A stretch of DNA of 61,638 bases from a virus (IMGVR_UViG_3300007509_001035:1-61638), one strand, 5' to 3'; shown: positions 38,353-47,457, counted from the first letter of the stretch. Notes: generated by a model from the sequence alone, not told the origin. Program-made: numbers and translations.

Positions 38353-38720
38353 AAAAAGTATTTTTAATGTTTTTATTATTGTTTTTTGTTAACACCATCG
38401 TGACTGCTGGGCCATTAACGCCAGAGTATGGTATGTTTGGTAGTAAAAAAACAAAAAAACTAGAACAAATAAAACCACTAAGTGATATTATGCTTTATTG
38501 TAATACAAGAGATTTTATTAACAATATGGTGAATAATGACTATCATATGAATATAGCGGCAAAAGGTTTAGTAAATGGGGATCGACATAAAGAAATAATA
38601 GAAACACATTTATGGATGAACCCTTCCAATAATCAATGGGCGATTGTGTTTGTATACAAAGAAATAGATAGAAGTTGTGTGATTGGTGGAAATAATATTA
38701 AATTATATAGCCCCAAATAG
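38349..38720 (+). CDS. hypothetical exported protein
   Basis: Signal peptide MKKVFLMFLLLFFV. Confidence 0.6.
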   Translation: MKKVFLMFLLLFFVNTIVTAGPLTPEYGMFGSKKTKKLEQIKPLSDIMLYCNTRDFINNMVNNDYHMNIAAKGLVNGDRHKEIIETHLWMNPSNNQWAIVFVYKEIDRSCVIGGNNIKLYSPK

Positions 38721-38730
38721 GAGTAACAGT

Positions 38731-39840
38731 ATGTATAAAAAAGCTATAACCACAATTATGACTATTACTTTAGCAACATTTTTGTTTTATTCAACACCTG
38801 TATTTGCAAAACATGATTATGTAACAACGACTATTTCAAAAATTATGCCAGCTGTTGTAGAAGTATCGGCTGAATCATATTCCGTAGCTACTCAAATGGT
38901 ACCGCGACAACCATCACCACAGAATCCAGGTCCTGATGGTAATTTCAAGTTTCGTGATAGACCACAAGATCAATTACCACCTGGTAAAGGTGATGAACTA
39001 CCACGAGGTGGATCGGGTTTTGTAGTTAGTGCTGATGGATATGTAATTACAAATTTTCATGTTGTTGATAATATTACCAATAACAGAGGAATGGCTTTTG
39101 TTACATTCAAAGATGGTTCTAAGTATGAAACAGATTTAATCAATTATGATAAAGCTTCTGATATTGCTTTATTGAAAATTAAATTGGGTGCATCTGAAGC
39201 TAAAAAGACTTTTGAATTTGTTTCATGGGGTGATATACCAGAAGTTGGTGATAGAGTTATTGCTATTGGTTCACCTATGAGACTATCATTTACTGCAACT
39301 TTTGGAAATGTTTCTGCATTAAATAGAATAGTTCCATCAGCAGCACCATTTGTTCCATTTGTTCAAACAGATACTTCTATCAATCCGGGAAATTCAGGTG
39401 GGCCGTTGTTTAATTTACATGGAGATGTAATTGGTATCAATACTATGATTGTTACAGGTAGTGGTGGATCTTCATCAGGAAGTATAGGTCTTGGTTTTGC
39501 TATTGATGGTACTTATGCGAAAAATGTTATTGAACGACTAAAGACTGGTGAAAAGATTAAACGACCATTTGTTGGTATAATGTTTCGTAAAGTTAACAAA
39601 GAAGATATGAAAGATTATATTAGTGGTGTAGGGGCGTTTGTAACCGAGGTAGTCACTGATAGCCCAGCTGTTGGTATTTTAAAAGCTGGGGATATTATTT
39701 TGAAGATTGATGGTGTAAAAGTCCTAATCAATAAACTTGCTACTATTGTGGCTAATAAAAAGATAAATGATAAAGTTGTATTTACTATAATTCGTGATAA
39801 ACATATTATTGATATTGAGATGATTTTAGGAGAAAGGTAA
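38731..39840 (+). CDS. htrA: HtrA/DegP-family serine protease with one PDZ domain
   Basis: Signal peptide; GSGFVV, TNFHVV, DIALLK, QTDTSINPGNSGGPL; PDZ SPA...LKAGDII. Confidence 0.9.
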   Translation: MYKKAITTIMTITLATFLFYSTPVFAKHDYVTTTISKIMPAVVEVSAESYSVATQMVPRQPSPQNPGPDGNFKFRDRPQDQLPPGKGDELPRGGSGFVVSADGYVITNFHVVDNITNNRGMAFVTFKDGSKYETDLINYDKASDIALLKIKLGASEAKKTFEFVSWGDIPEVGDRVIAIGSPMRLSFTATFGNVSALNRIVPSAAPFVPFVQTDTSINPGNSGGPLFNLHGDVIGINTMIVTGSGGSSSGSIGLGFAIDGTYAKNVIERLKTGEKIKRPFVGIMFRKVNKEDMKDYISGVGAFVTEVVTDSPAVGILKAGDIILKIDGVKVLINKLATIVANKKINDKVVFTIIRDKHIIDIEMILGER

Positions 39841-39843
39841 TAC

Positions 39844-40524
39844 ATGAAACACTTTAATCATGTACATGATATTGATGATTTACAAGTTCCCACAAGACAA
39901 ACAGTAGACGGTAAAAGAGTATATATAACACCGGAAGGTTATTCATATCCTTCTATTACAACTATTCTTGGTAGTCAAACAAAACCTGGATTAGATGAAT
40001 GGAGGAAAAGAGTGGGTGATGAAGAAGCCAATAGAATAATGAAAGAGTCTGCTAAAATAGGAACCGAGGTACATGATTTATGTGAAAGATACTTATATAA
40101 TAAAACTACAATATCTACAGACAGTGAATCAAGAAGGGTATTCAATCGTATTAGATTTATTCTTGGTAATATTAATAACATTATGGGATTAGAGATTCCA
40201 TTATATAGTGATAAATTAAGAGTAGCCGGAACAGCAGATTGTGTTGCTGAATATAATGGAGTATTATCAGTTATTGATTTTAAGACTTCAAGGAAACCAA
40301 AGAAAGAAGAATGGATTGAAGATTATTGGATTCAAACAGCATTTTATGCAGCTGCATTTTATGAAATGACAGGATGTATTCCCGAGCAGTTAGTAATACT
40401 GGTTGCTGTTAGAGACTCATTCGAAGTCCAAGTTTTTAAGAAATCTATTTTTGATTCTGATAAGTATATAGATAAGCTAATTAATATTATGAAAAAAAAT
40501 CCTCAGGTAATTCAAATAGGATAA
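39844..40524 (+). CDS. PD-(D/E)XK exonuclease
   Basis: YPSITTIL, GTEVH, AGTADC, IDFKTS, Q..FY. Confidence 0.85.
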   Translation: MKHFNHVHDIDDLQVPTRQTVDGKRVYITPEGYSYPSITTILGSQTKPGLDEWRKRVGDEEANRIMKESAKIGTEVHDLCERYLYNKTTISTDSESRRVFNRIRFILGNINNIMGLEIPLYSDKLRVAGTADCVAEYNGVLSVIDFKTSRKPKKEEWIEDYWIQTAFYAAAFYEMTGCIPEQLVILVAVRDSFEVQVFKKSIFDSDKYIDKLINIMKKNPQVIQIG

Positions 40525-40532
40525 ATTATATT

Positions 40533-41282
40533 ATGAAGATTATATATATGAGTGACTTGCATTTAGAGTTTGGTAAAATGTCAAAAGATGATTTTGAACC
40601 AGCAGATGTTTTGATATTGGCCGGTGATATTGATGTCTGGGGTCGTGAAGGAACCAAAATGTTTGAGTGGATGGAAACATTACCATTTCCTTATATTATT
40701 TTTACTCCTGGTAATCACGAGTTTTATCATTGTGGTAATATTTGTCGTGATTATAAAGAGATGCAAATGGAAGTTTTAAAATATCCTAAAATTCATTTAC
40801 TTTTGGAAGGAAAAATTAATATTCTAGGGCAAACTTTTATTGGTACTCCATTGTGGTCTAATTTTGGTAATGATGAAAATGTAATTAGACAAGCGAGTCG
40901 TTGTATTAATGATTTTAATAAAACTACATATGATGGAACTATAATGTGGACACCAGACCAGATGGCATTGGAGTTTAATAAATCATTTGCTTTTCTTGAC
41001 AATAGTATTAGTGGAATGGGTACTGAAGTTGTAGTTACCCATTGGGCACCGAGTCATCAAAGTGGTGATTCACAATATGTTGGTGATAGTTTGAACCCAT
41101 ATTTCACTAATAATCTTGATAGGTTTATTAGTACAAATGGTCCGAAGGTTTGGATTCACGGACATTGTCATAATTCAAGTGATTATATGATTGGTGAAAC
41201 AAGAATTCTTTGTAATCCAAGAGGATATGTTGGACATGAGCTGAATGAAGATTTTGATATAACGAAAAGTTTCGAAATTTAA
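40533..41282 (+). CDS. calcineurin-like metallophosphoesterase
   Basis: SDLHLE, LAGDI, PGNHEFY, VTHWAP, WIHGHCH, CNPRGY. Confidence 0.9.
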   Translation: MKIIYMSDLHLEFGKMSKDDFEPADVLILAGDIDVWGREGTKMFEWMETLPFPYIIFTPGNHEFYHCGNICRDYKEMQMEVLKYPKIHLLLEGKINILGQTFIGTPLWSNFGNDENVIRQASRCINDFNKTTYDGTIMWTPDQMALEFNKSFAFLDNSISGMGTEVVVTHWAPSHQSGDSQYVGDSLNPYFTNNLDRFISTNGPKVWIHGHCHNSSDYMIGETRILCNPRGYVGHELNEDFDITKSFEI

Positions 41283-41293
41283 GGAGAAGTAAA

Positions 41294-41662
41294 ATGTCAG
41301 AAGATTTTAATTTTGATGATTATGATGATGATTTTGACTTTGGTTTTAATTTTGTTGATGAGAAAGAAGTTGAAGAATTTGAAAATCAGGTAAAGAGTAG
41401 AGTAGCGGATCAAGGAGGAACAATACCATCTGGTTTGGAAGAAAAGATTGATAAATTAATTGAGTTGCGACAAGGCGATGAATCACAATTAGATATTCTT
41501 CAAAAGAAACATAAAGAAGAAATGTTGAAATTGGAAAAGTTGATTATGCCTTTGTTATATAATTTGAGAAAAAGTCCAGAAGATGAGTATATCCGCTGGC
41601 CGAATAGAAAAGAGATTATTGATCGACAAATTAAGAAAATTGTAACCATAACAAGAGGATAG
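41294..41662 (+). CDS. conserved T4-like hypothetical protein
   Basis: DFDFGF, IMPLLYNL, EYIRWPNR. Confidence 0.7.
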   Translation: MSEDFNFDDYDDDFDFGFNFVDEKEVEEFENQVKSRVADQGGTIPSGLEEKIDKLIELRQGDESQLDILQKKHKEEMLKLEKLIMPLLYNLRKSPEDEYIRWPNRKEIIDRQIKKIVTITRG

Positions 41663-41666
41663 TAAA

Positions 41667-41933
41667 ATGATTAAAATAAAGGGTACAGAAACTGCATCAC
41701 CAACTACTACAGGAACTGGAACAAATCTTAGCAATGCTACAATGGTGCGAGTATATAATTCTGGCACAGTTGCTAGATTAGTAACAGTTCAAACATCTGC
41801 TAGTCCTGCGGTTACTATTGGAACATTTACATTAGCAGGCGGTGCAGTAGAATATGTTGATAAAAATAATACAGATGAAATATTTTCAGCTCATGCTGAA
41901 ATTTTACTAACTTCGGTAATTATTGTGGGATAA
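41667..41933 (+). CDS. small T/A/G-rich protein, probably structural
   Basis: ATMVRVYN, IGTFTLAGG. Confidence 0.55.
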   Translation: MIKIKGTETASPTTTGTGTNLSNATMVRVYNSGTVARLVTVQTSASPAVTIGTFTLAGGAVEYVDKNNTDEIFSAHAEILLTSVIIVG

Positions 41934-41948
41934 AAAAGGAGTTTTATT

Positions 41949-43424
41949 ATGATATATAAAAATTATATTAATGGTATGTGGCTTTATAGTGATGCGGAAA
42001 CAGTTTTTGAAAATATTAATCCAGCAAATATTACAAATGTAATTGGTAGTTTTCAAAATTCTGGTGAGAGTGATATTAACCATGCGGTTGAATGTGCCAT
42101 GGAAGCATTCAAAACTTGGAAAGACGTACCTGCACCCAAAAGAGCAGAGATTCTTTTCAGGGCCGCAGAGATTTTAGTAAGAGATAAAGAATGTATTGCT
42201 AAAAATATGACAGCCGAAATGGGTAAAGTGTTAGCTGAAACCCGTGGTGATGTTCAAGAAGCAATAGATATTGCTTACTATGCAGCTGGTGCTGGTAGAC
42301 GATTGACAGGTGAAACAGTACCATCTGAAATGAAAAACAAATGGAGTATGAGTGCCAGATTACCTTATGGTGTAATTGGTATGATTACTCCGTGGAATTT
42401 TCCAATAGCAATTCCTGCATGGAAAGCATTTCCTGCTATCGTTGCAGGTAATACAGTAGTTTTAAAACCAGCAGAAGATACACCGTGGTCTGTTATCAGA
42501 CTTGCTGAAGTATTCCAAGAAGCAGGGTTGCCAGCTGGTGTATTTAATGTTGTAACTGGTTATGGGCCAAGTGCGGGTATGCCTCTAGTAAAACATCCAG
42601 ATGTGAAAGTTATTTCATTCACAGGTTCCTCTGCAACAGGTAGTTTAATTGCTAAAGAATGTTCAAAACTTGGAAAGAAATATTCACTTGAACTTGGAGG
42701 AAAAAATTCAATCACAGTAACAGAAAATGCTGACCTTGACCTTGCTGTTGAGGGTATAATATTTGGTGCCTTTGGTACCACAGGACAAAGATGTACAGCT
42801 TGTAGTAGAGTTATTGTTGATAAAAAAGTTAAAAAAGAACTTACAGAAAAATTAGTTGAACGAACAAACTTATTGAATATTGGTGATGGATTAAAAGATG
42901 AAACTACTGATGTAGGACCATTGATTAATAAGAAAGCATCAGATAAAGTTGAATGGTTTGTAATGAGAGCTATCGAACGCGGTGATTATTTGATAACAGG
43001 TGGATATAAAATAGAATTGCCAGTGCCAGGTTGGTTTTATGCTCCTACTATCTTCGGCGATATTGAACCAAATAATGAATTAGCACAAGAAGAAATCTTT
43101 GGACCTGTCGTTGCTATTATTGAATATGAAACATTGAATGAAGCAATAGATATTGTGAATGGGACTAAGTATGGATTGAGTGCAGCGATATACACAAAAG
43201 ATATAAATGAAAGTTTTAAATTTATGAAAGAAGTTGAGACTGGTTTAGCATATGTTAATACAAGCTGTATTGGTGCAGAAGTTGGTCAAAACTTCGGTGG
43301 TATTAAAGATACTAGTCCTATTAGTAGTAGAGAAGCAGGGAGTATGATGTTTGAATCCGTAACGTGGTGTAAGAATATGGTAATTGATTTCTCTGGTAAA
43401 TTACAGAAAGCACAAATAGATTAA
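41949..43424 (+). CDS. NAD(P)-dependent aldehyde dehydrogenase
   Basis: [42 protein letters not shown]. Confidence 0.93.
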   Translation: MIYKNYINGMWLYSDAETVFENINPANITNVIGSFQNSGESDINHAVECAMEAFKTWKDVPAPKRAEILFRAAEILVRDKECIAKNMTAEMGKVLAETRGDVQEAIDIAYYAAGAGRRLTGETVPSEMKNKWSMSARLPYGVIGMITPWNFPIAIPAWKAFPAIVAGNTVVLKPAEDTPWSVIRLAEVFQEAGLPAGVFNVVTGYGPSAGMPLVKHPDVKVISFTGSSATGSLIAKECSKLGKKYSLELGGKNSITVTENADLDLAVEGIIFGAFGTTGQRCTACSRVIVDKKVKKELTEKLVERTNLLNIGDGLKDETTDVGPLINKKASDKVEWFVMRAIERGDYLITGGYKIELPVPGWFYAPTIFGDIEPNNELAQEEIFGPVVAIIEYETLNEAIDIVNGTKYGLSAAIYTKDINESFKFMKEVETGLAYVNTSCIGAEVGQNFGGIKDTSPISSREAGSMMFESVTWCKNMVIDFSGKLQKAQID

Positions 43425-43428
43425 ATAT

Positions 43429-43512
43429 GCTCCGTTACCCAAATGGCTACGGGAGGTGATTTGTAATCATCCGAGTTAATTCTCATTGCAGGTTCGAATC
43501 CTGTGCGGAGCT
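43429..43512 (+). tRNA. trnT: tRNA-Thr(UGU) with long variable arm
   Basis: Acceptor GCTCCGT/GCGGAGC, D-stem CCC/GGG, anticodon stem GGTGA/TCATC with loop TT-TGT-AA, 16-nt variable region, T-arm GCAGG-TTCGAAT-CCTGT; followed by TCA not CCA. Confidence 0.85.
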
Positions 43513-43539
43513 TCATTTAACTTTAACAAGAGGTTTATT

Positions 43540-43851
43540 ATGAATACTTATGATACAATTAGGTTTTATTGTCCTTGCTGTAAAGAAAAAAATCATATAT
43601 TTGTTGGTCATATAAATGCGTCTAATAATTTTTTTCAGTCAACAAATATCCCTTCTTTAGTTGCTTCGAATATAAAACCACAAAGAATAAAATGTAAAAG
43701 TTGTAATAGACCATTATCAATTAACCTTGAAGATATTCCTGTAAGACAATATAATCTTTTAGTAAGACTTGATTGTTCAGGACAAAGTGGTGGAATGGAA
43801 GAATGGTATGAGGATGCTATTCCAAAATATACAGACGAGGATTATGATTAA
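43540..43851 (+). CDS. hypothetical Zn-binding protein
   Basis: SD GAGG then ATG 43540; CPCC...CKSC. Confidence 0.65.
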   Translation: MNTYDTIRFYCPCCKEKNHIFVGHINASNNFFQSTNIPSLVASNIKPQRIKCKSCNRPLSINLEDIPVRQYNLLVRLDCSGQSGGMEEWYEDAIPKYTDEDYD

Positions 43852-44861
43852 TGTTTAGATCATTTTTTATAACAAGAAAATGGGCATTGTGGTCTTGGGG
43901 TGGGTTATTGATTCTTCTGAGTTCTTTATGGATACAAGTTAGTATTACTGTTATGATTAATGAATGGTATTCTGGTTTTTACGATTTAATGCAAAACTCT
44001 GCTTCTTATGTAACTAAGCCAAAAGAAGGTATCGATTTATTTTATCAGAAGCTTATATCAATAAATATGGAAGATAAATCATTTCTGATGTTAGCTATGC
44101 CATATGTTATTATAGCAACAATTACTAATTGGTTTACAAGAATATATGGTTTAAGATGGAGGGAAGCTATAACATTTGATTATCTTCCCAGATGGAGAAA
44201 TGTTAAAGAAGATATAGAAGGTGCTTCACAAAGAATACAAGAAGATTGTAATAGATTTGCAAGAATAGTTGAATCACTTGGGTTACAAATAGTTCGTTCT
44301 ATAATGACATTGATAGCTTTTATTCCTGTATTATGGGCATTGAGTTCTAAAACGGATATAACATTTTTTGGCATTATTGAAGGTTCATTAGTCTGGTATA
44401 CGTTTGTTATCTCTATTGGAGGATTAATTATTACATGGTTTGTTGGTATCAAATTACCCGGCCTAGAATACAATAACCAAAAAGTTGAAGCTGCATTTAG
44501 AAAAGATTTAGTGTTAGGTGAAGATGACAAAGTTAATTATGCCTTACCAGAAACAGTACTAGAATTATTTACAGGAATACGTTTTAATTATCATAGACTT
44601 TTTAATCACTATGGATATTTAGACATATGGACAAATAGCTATGACCAGTTTATGGTTATAGTTCCTTACCTTTTAGTCGGGCCCGGCTTATTTACTAAAT
44701 TAATAACTCTGGGAGTTGTAGTTCAAATAAGTAACGCATTTTCCAAAGTTCATGAAGGCTTCGGTGTGTTTTTGTACCAATTTGCTACTATAACGGAATT
44801 GAGAAGCATTCATAAGCGTTTGAAGGAGTTTGAGCTTAATCTCGCCAAATATGCGGTTTAG
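43851..44861 (+). CDS. SbmA/BacA-family inner-membrane transporter
   Basis: INEWYSGFYDL, WREA, IEGASQRIQED, LPGLEYNNQKVEAAFRKDLVLGED; multiple TM helices. Confidence 0.85.
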   Translation: MFRSFFITRKWALWSWGGLLILLSSLWIQVSITVMINEWYSGFYDLMQNSASYVTKPKEGIDLFYQKLISINMEDKSFLMLAMPYVIIATITNWFTRIYGLRWREAITFDYLPRWRNVKEDIEGASQRIQEDCNRFARIVESLGLQIVRSIMTLIAFIPVLWALSSKTDITFFGIIEGSLVWYTFVISIGGLIITWFVGIKLPGLEYNNQKVEAAFRKDLVLGEDDKVNYALPETVLELFTGIRFNYHRLFNHYGYLDIWTNSYDQFMVIVPYLLVGPGLFTKLITLGVVVQISNAFSKVHEGFGVFLYQFATITELRSIHKRLKEFELNLAKYAV

Positions 44862-44947
44862 ATGCGATTTAAGGCAATATTATAGAAAATGAGGGTTAGA
44901 GTATGGCTTTAATTAAATAACGCTTAAAACGGCTCCTAGGCGTCTTA

Positions 44948-45049
44948 AAAGACGTTTATTTTCAAGAACTTATAAACCCTTGTTTTCAAAGAAGTTAACT
45001 TAATCAAGTTACACGCTTAAATAAAAACCCCTTATTTTTCAAGGACTTA
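44948..45049. repeat. three 25-bp imperfect palindromes (IHF-like boxes)
   Basis: 44948-44972, 44973-44997, 45025-45049; same consensus and 2+1 layout as 33575-33662. Confidence 0.6.
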
Positions 45050-45064
45050 TCTAAATTTAACTTT

Positions 45065-45097
45065 TTCCTTGTATTTGGTGTCAATATTTAGTATAAT
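45065..45097 (+). promoter_or_regulatory. sigma70-like phage promoter
   Basis: TTCC-TTGTAT, 17 bp, TATAAT. Confidence 0.75.
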
Positions 45098-45127
45098 CGT
45101 TACATAATTAATTAGAGGAATTTTATT

Positions 45128-45352
45128 ATGACTGAAACAAAACCATATATTCCAAATGAAACAAGCATTACTTTAACAGAAATTGTAGATGGTGTTGAAA
45201 GAACTATAACTATTTCAAAAAATATAATTGATATGAATATTCATGAAATTTTAAATGGTATCATAGAACCTGCTTTAAGAGGTTTTGGTTATGCTGAACA
45301 AACAATTGAAGATGTATTAAATCATGATAGATTTTATGAGGGGAAAGATTAA
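45128..45352 (+). CDS. hypothetical protein
   Basis: SD GAGG; first gene after promoter. Confidence 0.65.
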   Translation: MTETKPYIPNETSITLTEIVDGVERTITISKNIIDMNIHEILNGIIEPALRGFGYAEQTIEDVLNHDRFYEGKD

Positions 45353-45658
45353 ATGTCTTGGAACTATAGAATTTTAAAAACAAAACACAACAAAGAAGTT
45401 ATTTACGAAGTGGTTGAAGCCTATTATGAAAATGGAAAGGTTACTGGTTTTACTGATATTTCTAAAACACCATTAAGATTTATTGGTGAAGATGTTGATG
45501 AATTAATTGATGTTTTTGAAATGGTCTTAAAGGATTTGAAGAAAAGTAAAGATGATGTATTAGATTCTAATATGTTTGATGATGAAACTAGGAGTAAAGA
45601 TAAGCCAACATGGGATGAAATAGAGAAAATGGATGAAGAGGAAAGGGAGGGCTGTTAA
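45353..45658 (+). CDS. hypothetical phage protein
   Basis: MSWNYRI...EAYY N-terminus. Confidence 0.65.
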   Translation: MSWNYRILKTKHNKEVIYEVVEAYYENGKVTGFTDISKTPLRFIGEDVDELIDVFEMVLKDLKKSKDDVLDSNMFDDETRSKDKPTWDEIEKMDEEEREGC

Positions 45659-45682
45659 AATGAAAATTATTTTAGATGAGGA

Positions 45683-45937
45683 TTGTGGCTGTTGAAATGG
45701 ACAATTACAACATTATTAAGACCCGGTGTAAAAGGATCAGATGAAGGAGTAGTATTAAATTGTTTACATGATCTTGGGTTTAATGAAGCTTCTGAATTAA
45801 AAATAGGACAATCGTTTTACTTAACGACAAAAGACGATACAACAAAAGAAAAAGTAGAAGAAATGTGTAAAAGACTTCTAGTAAATACTATTCTTTATGA
45901 TTTTAAAGTGGAGCCGTACAATGAAAAGAATTTATAA
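45683..45937 (+). CDS. purS: FGAM synthase subunit PurS
   Basis: LRPGV....G..V...L..LGF...LKIG...VEEMCKRLLVN.I..DF; exact start uncertain. Confidence 0.75.
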   Translation: MWLLKWTITTLLRPGVKGSDEGVVLNCLHDLGFNEASELKIGQSFYLTTKDDTTKEKVEEMCKRLLVNTILYDFKVEPYNEKNL

Positions 45938-46475
45938 AGAAGGTAAACCAGCATTAATTGGATTTGCTGGAAAAGCAGGAAGTGGTAAAGATACTGCTGG
46001 AAAATATCTAGTGGATAATTACCTGTTTGCTCATTATTATTTTGCAAAACCTCTTAAAGAGGGTGCAAAGGCTATGTTCAACTTGACTGATGAGCAAGTA
46101 AAGAACAAAGAAAAAGTTATTGAACCTTGGGGTAGGTCTCCTAGAGAACTTTATCAGTTGTTGGGTACAGACGTTGCACGTTCTATTGACCCTAATATTT
46201 GGATTAAAAATGCTGAAATGTTTTATCGACAAGCTCATGGATCCTCAGTTGTAATTACTGATGTACGTTTTTCTAATGAGGCCTTTTGGATAAGACAAAA
46301 AGGAGGTATTGTTATTCAAATAAAGAGAGATAACGAACCAATAACGAAAAGTAGTCATTCAAGCGAAAACGGAATGAAAGAAAGTGATTATGATTTGACT
46401 ATTTTAAATACTGGAACAAAACAAGAATTATTTGATAAATTAGACCCTAAAGTTTTGAAATTTAAGGAGAAGTAA
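45921..46475 (+). CDS. deoxynucleoside monophosphate kinase (T4 gp1-like)
   Basis: GKAGSGKDT, FAKPLK, SPRELYQLLGTD, ITDVRF.NE, HSSE. Confidence 0.9.
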   Translation: MKRIYKEGKPALIGFAGKAGSGKDTAGKYLVDNYLFAHYYFAKPLKEGAKAMFNLTDEQVKNKEKVIEPWGRSPRELYQLLGTDVARSIDPNIWIKNAEMFYRQAHGSSVVITDVRFSNEAFWIRQKGGIVIQIKRDNEPITKSSHSSENGMKESDYDLTILNTGTKQELFDKLDPKVLKFKEK

Positions 46476-46476
46476 A

Positions 46477-46725
46477 ATGTATACTCACAGAACAATGTGC
46501 ACTGTACTTGACGAAGTTCGTAAATGCGACGAAACTAAAAATTATAGCTATCTATTGGGATTAGTAGAAGAACTTCAAGTAATGGGGAATCGTATGGAAG
46601 CTAAGCTTGAAACTATTAATGATTTTGAAGAATTAAAGAAAAGGCATAAAGAGCTTGAAGAACGTAAAGAAAAGCTAAAGAAAGAAATTAAAGAAAAAGG
46701 TGGCAAAGTAGATAATTGGGAGTAA
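46477..46725 (+). CDS. hypothetical coiled-coil protein
   Basis: SD AAGGAG; charged C-terminus. Confidence 0.65.
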   Translation: MYTHRTMCTVLDEVRKCDETKNYSYLLGLVEELQVMGNRMEAKLETINDFEELKKRHKELEERKEKLKKEIKEKGGKVDNWE

Positions 46726-46728
46726 AAA

Positions 46729-47031
46729 ATGAATAGATATCCTACTGATAATGAGTTAGAATATATTCAAAAGTTTGAAGTAATTGGTCCTGAAAGGCAG
46801 ATGGAATTATTTAAGTATATCTATAATATTTGGGAGTATGGAAACATTTCCATCATTAACAGCAAAATTAAAGATCGTGGTGATGGGACTGTTTGGTATA
46901 CTTTAATTACTGGAGGTTGGTCTGGTAATGAAGAAATTATTGATGCTATGAAAGCAAATTTAGTTTTCTGGGCAAGGACCTGGGAAAGCAGTGATCGTAG
47001 TGGAAAGCATGTGTTTTCCGTAAAGTTATAA
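46729..47031 (+). CDS. hypothetical phage protein
   Basis: TGGWSGNEEII.A motif; SD GGAG. Confidence 0.65.
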   Translation: MNRYPTDNELEYIQKFEVIGPERQMELFKYIYNIWEYGNISIINSKIKDRGDGTVWYTLITGGWSGNEEIIDAMKANLVFWARTWESSDRSGKHVFSVKL

Positions 47032-47034
47032 ATA
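47027..47034 (+). promoter_or_regulatory. T4-type late promoter of the tmRNA gene
   Basis: TATAAATA about 6 nt before the acceptor piece. Confidence 0.65.
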
Positions 47035-47040
47035 ATATAA

Positions 47041-47343
47041 ATTGCTGTATAATCTTAGAGTGAAAGTTTTTTTGGACTCGGGTGCGATACCCGACACCTC
47101 CACCATATTTAGATGCTGACTACGATTGTGAAACTAATCGGATAACGGAAGGATCAGCGACTCCTCAAGTTAACAATATGGGGGTGAAATAGTTTCGACA
47201 GGAGAATGGAAACTATAAGACAGCACGGAGTTGGCCTAAGGCTTCGTTATCAATAGGCCACATCATAAATGCTGACTCTTATGAGTACGCAATGGCAGCG
47301 TAAGCTGACGGGGTTCAGGGGAGCCTGGCAACAGAAATCCCCT
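47041..47343 (+). ncRNA. ssrA: circularly permuted (two-piece) tmRNA; encoded tag ADSYEYAMAA
   Basis: Acceptor piece ends T-arm + CACCTCC-A-CCA (47105) before the coding piece starts GGGGGTG (47180); G3-U70; pseudoknot; tag 47271-47303 after ATAAAT. Confidence 0.92.
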
Positions 47344-47365
47344 ACTAACTTTTAGAGGTGAAGTT

Positions 47366-47446
47366 ATGAAATTATTTGATGGTGGTTTAATAGTAGTATC
47401 GATTGTTTTAGTATGGGTGTTTTACAGCATCTGGATCACACCATAA
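47366..47446 (+). CDS. 26-aa single-TM peptide (not in ORF track)
   Basis: SD GAGGTG; MKLFDGGLIVVSIVLVWVFYSIWITP. Confidence 0.55.
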   Translation: MKLFDGGLIVVSIVLVWVFYSIWITP

Positions 47447-47457
47447 GAATAAAGTTT

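Noticed and set aside
43455-43471. Reading the tRNA as Tyr(GUA), which would explain the long arm
   Set aside because: The 5-bp stem GGTGA/TCATC centres TGT in the 7-nt loop; GTA would be off-centre, and the acceptor pairs fit Thr
43486-43539. TTG start of the ORF given as 43486-43851
   Set aside because: It overlaps the tRNA T-arm; ATG 43540 has an SD
47073-47105. Isolated tRNA fragment or attachment site ending in CCA
   Set aside because: It pairs with GGGGGTG at 47180 and is explained as the tmRNA acceptor piece; no integrase in the window
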